From an uncultured Desulfobacterales bacterium (GTDB lineage: Bacteria; Desulfobacterota; Desulfobacteria; Desulfobacterales; JBDRRP01): a DNA stretch of 64,000 nt. The notes under the pieces were generated by a model, which searched no databases, was not told the origin of the DNA, and was given only the letters and a program-made list of their open reading frames with translations. Positions within the stretch are counted from its first letter, which is position 1. Each line of letters begins with the position of its first letter. This document shows positions 45,840 to 53,781 of the stretch, in pieces. A program made the translations under genes and the position numbers. The stretch is taken from assembly GCA_964446485.1 (NCBI GenBank), contig CAYUOU010000001.1, positions 131,209 through 195,208 of the forward strand, written 5' to 3'.

Positions 45840-46835
45840 TCACACCCGCCCGGCCAGAATGCCGGATTCCGTTGGGCCGACGAACGGTAGGCGTTGAATA
45901 TCTCGCACGCCCACAGCGGTGAGCATGTCCACGAGTTCCGCCTGGGTGTAGGCGCGGCCGCCGTCGGTGCCAACCAGCATGTTCAGGGAGAACAGGGCGG
46001 GAAACAGCGGGCCATCCGCGCTGTCTTCCAGGATGAATTCGTGGATGAATATCCGGCCTTTGCCGGTGAGGGTGCCCACGGCTTTTCTGATCATTTCTTG
46101 GCAGGTGGCCGGGTCTTCGCCGTGCAGGATGTGGGACAGCCATACGGCGTCGAATGCACCTTCCACTTCCTCGGCGGTATAGTCCCCGGGGATAAATCGG
46201 ATGCGGTCCTCCATCCCGAATTTTTTGATGGTCTTCTGGGCAAAGGGGCGCGTCGTGGCCAGATCGTAGATAGCCGCCGTTAGCTCCGGGTGTTTCAGGC
46301 AAAAATGGATGGCGAAGGTGCCGGGTCCGCCCCCCAGATCCAAGAGTCGGCGGCATCCGCCTAAGTCGATGAGTTCTGCCACGGCTGGGGCAATGGCCGA
46401 GGCGATGTTGAACATCCCCATCAAAAAGGCTTCCCGGCGGTCGTCATCACCGGAAATGGCCCGTTCGCGCACCGGGCGTCCGGTGCGAACCGCCTCGGCC
46501 AGGCGATTCCAGGAAGGCATGAGATAATGGTGGTGCATGATCATAAAGCCGATGTAAGTGTCGGCGCTTTTCACCAGAAACCGGCGGGCCGATTCGGTGT
46601 TGGAGAACAGGTCTCCGGACTTTTCCAACAGCCCCATGGCAACGAGGGCATTCAAGAGCCGTTCGGTGGCGTCTTCGGAAAACCCGGTGCCATCGGCCAC
46701 TGCCGCCGCGGGCAGGGCGCCGTCACCGATGGCCGTAAAAATATCCAGCTTGACGGCGGCATGCAGCGTACAGGTTTTCCAAAAACTCCCTGATATCTCC
46801 AAAAGCTGTCCGGGGGACGGGTGTTGTTCGGTCAT
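45840..46835 (-). CDS. class I SAM-dependent O-methyltransferase (dimerisation domain + Methyltransf_2-like)
   Basis: ATG 46835 after GGAGG. SAM motif LLDLGGGPGTFAI. N-terminal winged-helix dimerisation-like segment. Confidence 0.8.
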   Translation of the reverse strand: MTEQHPSPGQLLEISGSFWKTCTLHAAVKLDIFTAIGDGALPAAAVADGTGFSEDATERLLNALVAMGLLEKSGDLFSNTESARRFLVKSADTYIGFMIMHHHYLMPSWNRLAEAVRTGRPVRERAISGDDDRREAFLMGMFNIASAIAPAVAELIDLGGCRRLLDLGGGPGTFAIHFCLKHPELTAAIYDLATTRPFAQKTIKKFGMEDRIRFIPGDYTAEEVEGAFDAVWLSHILHGEDPATCQEMIRKAVGTLTGKGRIFIHEFILEDSADGPLFPALFSLNMLVGTDGGRAYTQAELVDMLTAVGVRDIQRLPFVGPTESGILAGRV

Positions 46836-47210
46836 CTTTGCCTCCTTCGTAACCGGTAGTGGCGCGCACTCGAGGTTCTCGTTATCGGCCAAGATATCTC
46901 AAAAGGCAAGTGTCGATAGGTTGCGCCAAAACGCATCGTCGCAATGGGCTGCCGCAATTCGACGAATTTGAAAAAAATCGATTTTATTAAGAAATCCAGC
47001 ACCCTGACACTGAAGCGGTTGCCATGGGCATGGCTTTGTGTCATATCATTCAGGGCCTCATCCGCGGGTTCCGACGCAACTGACGGCACCTTCGGGAGCC
47101 TGGGTGATGATGCCGCCGCGCCGTTGAAGACACTGCGCTGAACAATGGCATCACATGAGCCGTCAACAGCGGCCGGCACACCCGCATTACCAACCCTATC
47201 GGAGAGCCTC

Positions 47211-49082
47211 ATGAAAACCACCGGCTACTGGGCCGACGACTACGTCAATAAGAAACGTTCGCTGGCCGAGGCTGTCGGCCGAATCCGCTCGGGTCAGCGG
47301 GTCTTCATCGGCTCCTATTGCGGAGAGCCTCAGCACCTGGTCAAGGGGCTGGCCGACGTGGCAGCGCACTTGAGCGACATCGAAATCATCCGCCTGATGT
47401 CTTTAGAGACCACTCCCCTGATGCAACTCGCCGATCGTACCAGCGACCAGAACATCAACATCCGCTCCATTTACCTTGGGTCGGCCAAGAGTGCGCCGCT
47501 GGCCGGCAACATGCGATTTTACACCCCCGTGAACATGGCCGAGGTTCCCCGCCTCTTCGCCCGGCGACGCATCCCCATCGACGTCGCCCTGATCCAGGTT
47601 TCGCCGCCGGACGACTTCGGCTGGATGAGCTTTGGCGTGTCGGTGGACGTCAATCAGGCGGCGGCCCTTGCCGCCGACCTGGTCATCGCCCAAATCAACG
47701 CCAACATGCCCATGGTGCTGGGTCAAAGTTTTATCCATGTCAACGATGTGGATTTGTTTGTGGACCACGACGAGGAACTGCTGACCATTTCTCCGGTGTC
47801 TAAAAGCGAACAGGCCCTGATGATCGGCCAGAACATCGCGCGGTTGGTCGACGACGGCGCCACACTGCAGATCGGCCTGGATGCGGCCTCCCAGGCAACC
47901 AGCCTGGCCCTGGCCGAGAAGAACGACCTGGGCATCCACTCCATGTTCTTCACCGACGACATCATGCATCTTTACGCCCGGGGCGTCGTTACCAACCGTC
48001 GCAAGGGCTTTAACAACGGCAAACTGGTGGCCAGTTGCGCCGTGGGCACTCAGGCCATGTACGAATTTTTGCACCTCAACCCCGCCGTGGAGTTTCATCC
48101 CTCGGACTATGTGAATGACGTGGAGATCATCGCCCGCCACCACAAAATGGTCTCAATGAACGTGGCCCAGCGCATCGATCTTGCCGGCCAGGTCTCCTCG
48201 GACGCGGTGGCCTCCACCCTTTTTGCCGGGGTGTCTGGCATTCCGGACTTTGTCCGCGGCTCCAACCGCTCGGCCGGGGGGCGCTCCATCATCATGCTCA
48301 CCGCCACGGACGACGAGGGTCACACCAGCCGGATCGTACCGCTGCTCAACAACACCATCGTCACCGTCCCCAGAGAGGATGTGCGGTGGGTGGTCACCGA
48401 GTTCGGGGCCGTCAACTTGTTTGGAAAGAGCACCCAGGAGCGCGCCCTGGCCATGATCAGCATCGCCCATCCGGATTTTCGCGACGAACTCCTGGGGCAG
48501 GCCAAGGAAATGGGCATGATCGGTCGTGGCCGGCGCCTGGGCGATTATGTGCGCGGTATTTACCCGGTGCGCCTGGAGGAGACCCTCGTCATGGATGGGC
48601 AGACGGTCACGGTGCGCCCCACCAAGCCGGTGGACGAGCGGCGCATTCAGGAACATTTCTACCACCTGGACAGAAAAGACGTCCTCTCCCGCTTCTTTCA
48701 CGAAAAGACGCGGTTTGCCCGTGGAGACGTCGAATCCTTGAGCCAGATCGACTACGTGCGCAACCTGAGCATTATTGCCGTTGTGGGGGAGTTCGGCTTC
48801 GATCGGGTCGTGGGCATCGGCGAGTATTACCTGGAGCCGCGCAAAAACATGGCCGAGGTGGCCTTTTCAGTCAGCCGGGATTTTCAGGGTAAGGGGATGG
48901 GCCGCATTTTAATGCGGAAGCTGGCCAAGGCCGCCCGGGAAAACGGCATTCTTGGCCTTTATGCCATCACCTCGCCGGGCAACAAAGCCATGATCAATCT
49001 CTTCAAGACGCTGCCATACAAGGTCAATTCGGTTCTGGAAGATGAACTGCTCTTGAGCTGCCGATTCGACGATCCGGCGTGA
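47211..49082 (+). CDS. acetyl-CoA hydrolase/transferase family domain fused to a C-terminal GNAT acetyltransferase domain
   Basis: ATG 47211 after GGAGAG. The N-terminal ~430 aa resemble 4-hydroxybutyrate CoA-transferase. The C-terminal ~180 aa form a Pat-like GNAT (VTVRPTKPVDERRIQEHFY...RDFQGKGMGRILM). Confidence 0.82.
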   Translation: MKTTGYWADDYVNKKRSLAEAVGRIRSGQRVFIGSYCGEPQHLVKGLADVAAHLSDIEIIRLMSLETTPLMQLADRTSDQNINIRSIYLGSAKSAPLAGNMRFYTPVNMAEVPRLFARRRIPIDVALIQVSPPDDFGWMSFGVSVDVNQAAALAADLVIAQINANMPMVLGQSFIHVNDVDLFVDHDEELLTISPVSKSEQALMIGQNIARLVDDGATLQIGLDAASQATSLALAEKNDLGIHSMFFTDDIMHLYARGVVTNRRKGFNNGKLVASCAVGTQAMYEFLHLNPAVEFHPSDYVNDVEIIARHHKMVSMNVAQRIDLAGQVSSDAVASTLFAGVSGIPDFVRGSNRSAGGRSIIMLTATDDEGHTSRIVPLLNNTIVTVPREDVRWVVTEFGAVNLFGKSTQERALAMISIAHPDFRDELLGQAKEMGMIGRGRRLGDYVRGIYPVRLEETLVMDGQTVTVRPTKPVDERRIQEHFYHLDRKDVLSRFFHEKTRFARGDVESLSQIDYVRNLSIIAVVGEFGFDRVVGIGEYYLEPRKNMAEVAFSVSRDFQGKGMGRILMRKLAKAARENGILGLYAITSPGNKAMINLFKTLPYKVNSVLEDELLLSCRFDDPA

Positions 49083-49187
49083 TGCGGGCGGTGTCGGCAT
49101 GGTTCGGCACATCGGTTTCCCACGCCGCGGGGATGTTGGCGCCAACACGATGTATTCACCCTACGACACACCACGATGCATTTGCTG

Positions 49188-50489
49188 CTACTGGATCCAA
49201 AAAAGACTGATCACCGGCACGTAGGTAATCAACAGGAGAAATAGCAGTCGTAGAACGAGGAAGGGAATGGCGGCGCTGTAGAGCAGGGTGACCGGCTTTT
49301 GGAATTTCATGCTGGCGATAAACAGGTTGATGCCCACCGGCGGCGTGGAATAGCCGATCTCCAGATTGACCAGGAAAATAACGCATAGATGAATGGGGTC
49401 GATGCCGTACTGCATCGCCACCGGAATCATGATGGGCACCACGATGACGATGGCGGAGAAAATGTCCATCATGCACCCAACCGCCAGCAGAAACAGGTTG
49501 AGGCCCATCAGAAAGGTGATGCGGCTGTCGGTGAAAGCCGTGAGGGTTTCCATGATGCGGTCGGGGATCTGGGCGTCCACCAGGTAGCCGGTAAGGGCCA
49601 GGGACATCGCCAGGATGATGATGATGGCTCCGGAGAGGACGGCGCTGTCCACAATGATCTTGGGAAGCTGCCGGGAGAAGGAGATTTCCTTCAGGATAAA
49701 ACATTCCACCACCAGCACGTAGACCACCACCAGCGCCGAGACCTCGGCGATGGTGACGAATCCGCCGTAAACCCCCACCAGAATAATCGCCACGATGGGC
49801 CAGTCCCACTTGCCGTCCAAGAAAGTGCGTTTCAGTTCAACGGTCGCCGGGCCATCCGGACCCGCCACCGGTTCAACGTTTCCGTTGCGGATGCGCTGCC
49901 ACTGACGCACCCCGGCGTAGATCGAGAGAATCACCACCACCATCATCCCTGGTACCAGTGCCGCCTTGAATACCCGGCCGATGTCCACCTGGGCCACGAC
50001 GCCGTATAGAATGATCGGCAGGCTGGGCGGAAAAAGGAGCCCCAGGCTGCCGCCGGCGGTGAGGAGCCCCAGGGTGAAGCGCTCCCCGTACTGCTGCTGG
50101 CGAAGTATGGGGTAAAGCACGCTGCCCAGGGCCACGATGGTGACCCCGCTGGCGCCGGTAAGGGCTGTGAAAAACGTGCAGGCGCCAAGGGCGGCAATGG
50201 CCAGCCCACCCGGGAGCCAGCCGGCGGCTGCGTTCATGAAGTTCATGATGCGCCGGGGCGCCCCCGATTCGGTGAGAAGGGTCCCCACGAAGGTAAACAG
50301 CGGCAGTGCCATGAGCACCGGCATGGATGCCAGGCGGTTCATTTCGATGATCACCACCTGCAGGGACAGGGGATCCGGATCGGCGGCATAAAGGCAGACC
50401 ATGGCCAGGCCGCCGATGACGGTAAACAGCGGCGCTTCCAGCAGGGCGAAGAGCAGCACTGCGAAGATGGCATAAGAAAGGAGGCTCAC
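49188..50489 (-). CDS. dctM: TRAP transporter large permease
   Basis: 433-aa polytopic membrane protein of DctM type. 4-nt overlap with dctQ. Confidence 0.92.
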   Translation of the reverse strand: MSLLSYAIFAVLLFALLEAPLFTVIGGLAMVCLYAADPDPLSLQVVIIEMNRLASMPVLMALPLFTFVGTLLTESGAPRRIMNFMNAAAGWLPGGLAIAALGACTFFTALTGASGVTIVALGSVLYPILRQQQYGERFTLGLLTAGGSLGLLFPPSLPIILYGVVAQVDIGRVFKAALVPGMMVVVILSIYAGVRQWQRIRNGNVEPVAGPDGPATVELKRTFLDGKWDWPIVAIILVGVYGGFVTIAEVSALVVVYVLVVECFILKEISFSRQLPKIIVDSAVLSGAIIIILAMSLALTGYLVDAQIPDRIMETLTAFTDSRITFLMGLNLFLLAVGCMMDIFSAIVIVVPIMIPVAMQYGIDPIHLCVIFLVNLEIGYSTPPVGINLFIASMKFQKPVTLLYSAAIPFLVLRLLFLLLITYVPVISLFWIQ

Positions 50490-51007
50490 AATGCGCCGCC
50501 AGCTGGGTCTTGGCTCGGTGCCTCACCGTCCGCAGCGTCAAGCCCGGTGGTCCGGCTGGCCGGCGGGGAGAGGACGTTGAGGAAAAAGCGGAACATCGCC
50601 AGGAAGAAAAACAGCGGAAACACCACCGCCGCATAACCGCTGGGGCCGAAGATGGCGACCTCGTTTTTTACGAAAGAGAGGGCCGCCACCGCCAAAACGC
50701 CCATGACGGCCATGCCAAAGAGTGCGCTGACGCGGCCGGCCATGCGACGGACACCGGGGGAAGCGAGACGCAGGACCAGTTCCAGGCGGATGTGCCGGTT
50801 GCTGCGCAACCCCACCGTGGAGCCCATGAGCGCCAGCCATAGCACCAGCGTGGGGGCGTATTCCAGCAGTGCCTGGAATGAGTGTTGAAAGAGGTTTCGT
50901 GAGATGACATTGATGCCGATGGCCGCCACCAGCGCGCTGAAGAGGACGATGACCAGGACGCGCTCCAGCATGGACAATGCGTTGTCAATCTTTAGCATCA
51001 GGAGCAT
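50486..51007 (-). CDS. dctQ: TRAP transporter small permease
   Basis: 173 aa with four TM helices. Position between dctP and dctM. Confidence 0.85.
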   Translation of the reverse strand: MLLMLKIDNALSMLERVLVIVLFSALVAAIGINVISRNLFQHSFQALLEYAPTLVLWLALMGSTVGLRSNRHIRLELVLRLASPGVRRMAGRVSALFGMAVMGVLAVAALSFVKNEVAIFGPSGYAAVVFPLFFFLAMFRFFLNVLSPPASRTTGLDAADGEAPSQDPAGGAL

Positions 51008-51066
51008 GTAGGGAATCGTCCTTTTCTACCCGGTGGCCGCGCGACGGGCCGTTGGATGGCGGGATG

Positions 51067-52092
51067 TCATTTGGCGGCGGCGTGTGTCGACCGGTAGGTC
51101 TTCAGGATACCGCTCACGCGGTCGAAAAGGTCCAGAGAATACAAATCGGGAATGTTCTTCTGATAGGTCTTCTGGGCGTTGGATCTAAACGCAGTAATTA
51201 GGTCTTCGCCCGGGGCAACCGCCTGGATGCCCGAGGCGGCCAGCACCCCAAGGGCCTCTGCGTTTTCCTTGCGTGTCAGGTCCACCAGCTTCTTGGCGTA
51301 GGCCTTCACGGTGGTGCGCAGGACCCGCTGTTGGTCGGGCGTCAGCCGCTCGAAAATGCGCCGGTTCATAAGCAGGGCGCCGGTGGAGTTCACCATGGGA
51401 TAATCCAGCATGTACTTGACCCGCGTATGCCATTGAAAGGCGATGGCCGCCAGCGGAGGGGCGTAGAAGCTGTCGATCATTCCTGTTTCCAGGCCGGTGT
51501 TTACGTCGGCCAGGTGCAGGGGGTAGGTGGTGATGCCGAAGGTTTTGAGAAAGGTCTCTGCCACCGGATCCCCTTTCCAGGTCCACATTTTTATCGAATG
51601 CATGGCATCCGGCTGGTTGAGCGGCTGGCTGGAGAAAAAGTAAACGAACCCGGCTTCGGCGAACCCCAGCAAGATGAAGCCTTTTTTTTCGAAGGCGGCG
51701 CTGAATTCGTCAAAGAGCGATTCCTTGACGTGATCGACTTCCTGGTAGGTATTGAACAGCAATGGCGCTTCGAGGATTCGGATTTCCGGCAGCACCACGC
51801 CCAACCCCACGCCGGAAAATCCTGCGGCGTGGACCCGGTTGGCCCGCATTTTCCGGAGCACGTCCAACTCGTCACCGCTGACGCCACCCGCGTAGATCTT
51901 GAAATCGACGTCTCCGCTGGTTTGCTGCTTCACGTTCCGTGACATGTCTCGCAATGTCTCCGTCCAGGTACTTCCATCCGGCGTCACCAGCGCCACCTTG
52001 ATGGTCGTCCTGCCGGCCCAGGCCGGCGCAGAGAATGAGATGCAGCACAAAAATGACAGGAGCGACAGAGCGATGATCGATTTGTTTTTCAT
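51067..52092 (-). CDS. dctP: TRAP transporter substrate-binding protein
   Basis: Signal peptide ending in SAPAWA. 341 aa, DctP-type fold. ATGA overlap with the upstream tatT-like gene. Confidence 0.9.
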   Translation of the reverse strand: MKNKSIIALSLLSFLCCISFSAPAWAGRTTIKVALVTPDGSTWTETLRDMSRNVKQQTSGDVDFKIYAGGVSGDELDVLRKMRANRVHAAGFSGVGLGVVLPEIRILEAPLLFNTYQEVDHVKESLFDEFSAAFEKKGFILLGFAEAGFVYFFSSQPLNQPDAMHSIKMWTWKGDPVAETFLKTFGITTYPLHLADVNTGLETGMIDSFYAPPLAAIAFQWHTRVKYMLDYPMVNSTGALLMNRRIFERLTPDQQRVLRTTVKAYAKKLVDLTRKENAEALGVLAASGIQAVAPGEDLITAFRSNAQKTYQKNIPDLYSLDLFDRVSGILKTYRSTHAAAK

Positions 52093-53048
52093 GGGGGGTC
52101 CTCTTCGGTGAACAGGTCGTCCACAGCGCGCAGATAAATGCGCGCGCGTGCGGCGGCGATGGCATTGTAAAGTCGATATCGGTCGGTCGCCGGGGCCGTG
52201 GCCACCCGATTCATCACGGCGGTGAATTCATTGCGATCCTGAGCCGGCTGCAGCACGTATCTGCCATAATAGACTTCCCCGAGAAGGAAGTCTTCGCCGG
52301 CAATGCGCATCAGCGCCGTGTAGTGATCTTTTGCAGCCTGGGGGTTGCCGCCCATCATCGGCGGCCGTGCGCCGTAATAGGCCAATAGAAACAGATGGGC
52401 GCCGCCATTCTGATATGCCGGATCCAATGCCACCACGGTGCGCATGGCGGTTTCCACCACATGGGCTTTGGCCAGAAGCGCAACGGAGGAGCGCTCCAGG
52501 TTGATGCGGGCCCCCAGGTTGAATGCCCACCAGAATACCGCGGGTGCATCCTTGGCGGCCAACCGGGTGAAAAACACCGATCGGCCGTCAGGCGTCTCCA
52601 ACAGTTCGGGGGCGTCAGGGAAACGCAACGTGAGCGCATCGAGGCCGTAGCGCGCCCCGGTTGCATAATAGGCCAACGCCCGTTTCCTCACACGGTCGGG
52701 ATTCTGGCCGGCGTCACCGAAATGGGCCAGTGTTGCGCCATCGAGGCCGAAGGTGTCGATCTCCAGCAGCGGCTCCAAAAAGGCAAATGCATAGCTGGCG
52801 TAGAGCCGGGCCAGCATGATCTTTAAATCCGCATTGTCGGGGTCGTTTGCCAGCAGGGCCGCCGCCAGCTTGATGTTTGCCGGAAAGGCTTGGGCCAGCA
52901 TTTCCAGATCGTCGTCGTTTTCAAACGCCGACATGCCGGTGTCGAGAATGCCGGCCATTTCGCGCACCGCCAGCTGGCGGGTGCTGCAGCCGGCAAGCAC
53001 CGGGAGAAAGAGCAAAAATAGTATGAGGGTTCGTGCCGTGGCAGTCAT
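52089..53048 (-). CDS. tatT: TRAP transporter TatT-component (TPR-like lipoprotein) family protein
   Basis: Lipobox LAGCS. All-helical TPR-like sequence. Translationally coupled to dctP, as in TPR-protein-associated TRAP (TPAT) systems. Confidence 0.72.
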   Translation of the reverse strand: MTATARTLILFLLFLPVLAGCSTRQLAVREMAGILDTGMSAFENDDDLEMLAQAFPANIKLAAALLANDPDNADLKIMLARLYASYAFAFLEPLLEIDTFGLDGATLAHFGDAGQNPDRVRKRALAYYATGARYGLDALTLRFPDAPELLETPDGRSVFFTRLAAKDAPAVFWWAFNLGARINLERSSVALLAKAHVVETAMRTVVALDPAYQNGGAHLFLLAYYGARPPMMGGNPQAAKDHYTALMRIAGEDFLLGEVYYGRYVLQPAQDRNEFTAVMNRVATAPATDRYRLYNAIAAARARIYLRAVDDLFTEEDPP

Positions 53049-53093
53049 CGTTCGCCCGATGGTCCAATACGGTTAGCCAATGGAAACGAGTCG

Positions 53094-53122
53094 ATTCTGT
53101 TTCAGGGCGCCAAAAATGTCAA
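53094..53122 (-). promoter_or_regulatory. candidate sigma-70 promoter for the tatT-dctPQM operon
   Basis: On the minus strand, TTGACA-17 nt-CAGAAT, ~45 nt upstream of the tatT start. Confidence 0.3.
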
Positions 53123-53237
53123 TTGCCGGAAATGGCTGACAGCCGTCGCCGGCCAACCCGACGCAGGCCATCGATCACCCAGGCAGGACAGCCGCGGGGT
53201 TTGTGACCCCCACTGCCTGGCACCCAGTGGATTTTCG

Positions 53238-53624
53238 CTATAGTTGCGTTCTTGCCCAGGCGGCGATCGCACGAATATCCGCCGGGCCGGTGCGGCAGCA
53301 GCCCCCGATGATTCGGGCCCCGGTGCGATACCATGCGTTGGCCATTTTGGAAAAAGCCGTTCTGGTGGATGCGCCGTGCCATTGGCGGGAAGCGACATCA
53401 TAACGTTCCCCGGAATTGGGATAGACGACAATGGGTTTATCTGTCCTTTTTCCGATGGCCCGGATCAGGTCGGGAACGTACCGCGGCGGTGTGCAGTTCA
53501 CGCCTACGGCGGCTACCTGCGGATGGTGGTCGAGATCGCATCCGCGCCGTTCCAGCTCCGTGGCCAGAGCCCCGTCGAGGATCACTATGGGGTAGTCTTT
53601 GAGAATCTTGGCAAGTGGATCCAT
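53238..53624 (-). pseudogene. homocysteine S-methyltransferase (MmuM-like) remnant with large in-frame internal deletion
   Basis: 128 aa. N-terminal VILDGALATELERRGCDL is joined directly to the C-terminal third (VGVNCTPP...VVYPNSGE...IIGGCCRTGPADI). About 180 aa of a ~310-aa enzyme are missing. Confidence 0.65.
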
Positions 53625-53781
53625 CGCGGCCTTCGCTGGGTTGGATTAAAAGATGAATGTATCATAAAAGAATGTCTGGAGATCTGTCGAGCAAGACCTT
53701 TGCCGATGATGAACGCCACATTGAAAACGGTGGCGTTTTCCATGATTTCCCAGAACGCCAAAAAGAAATATCCTCACGCTT

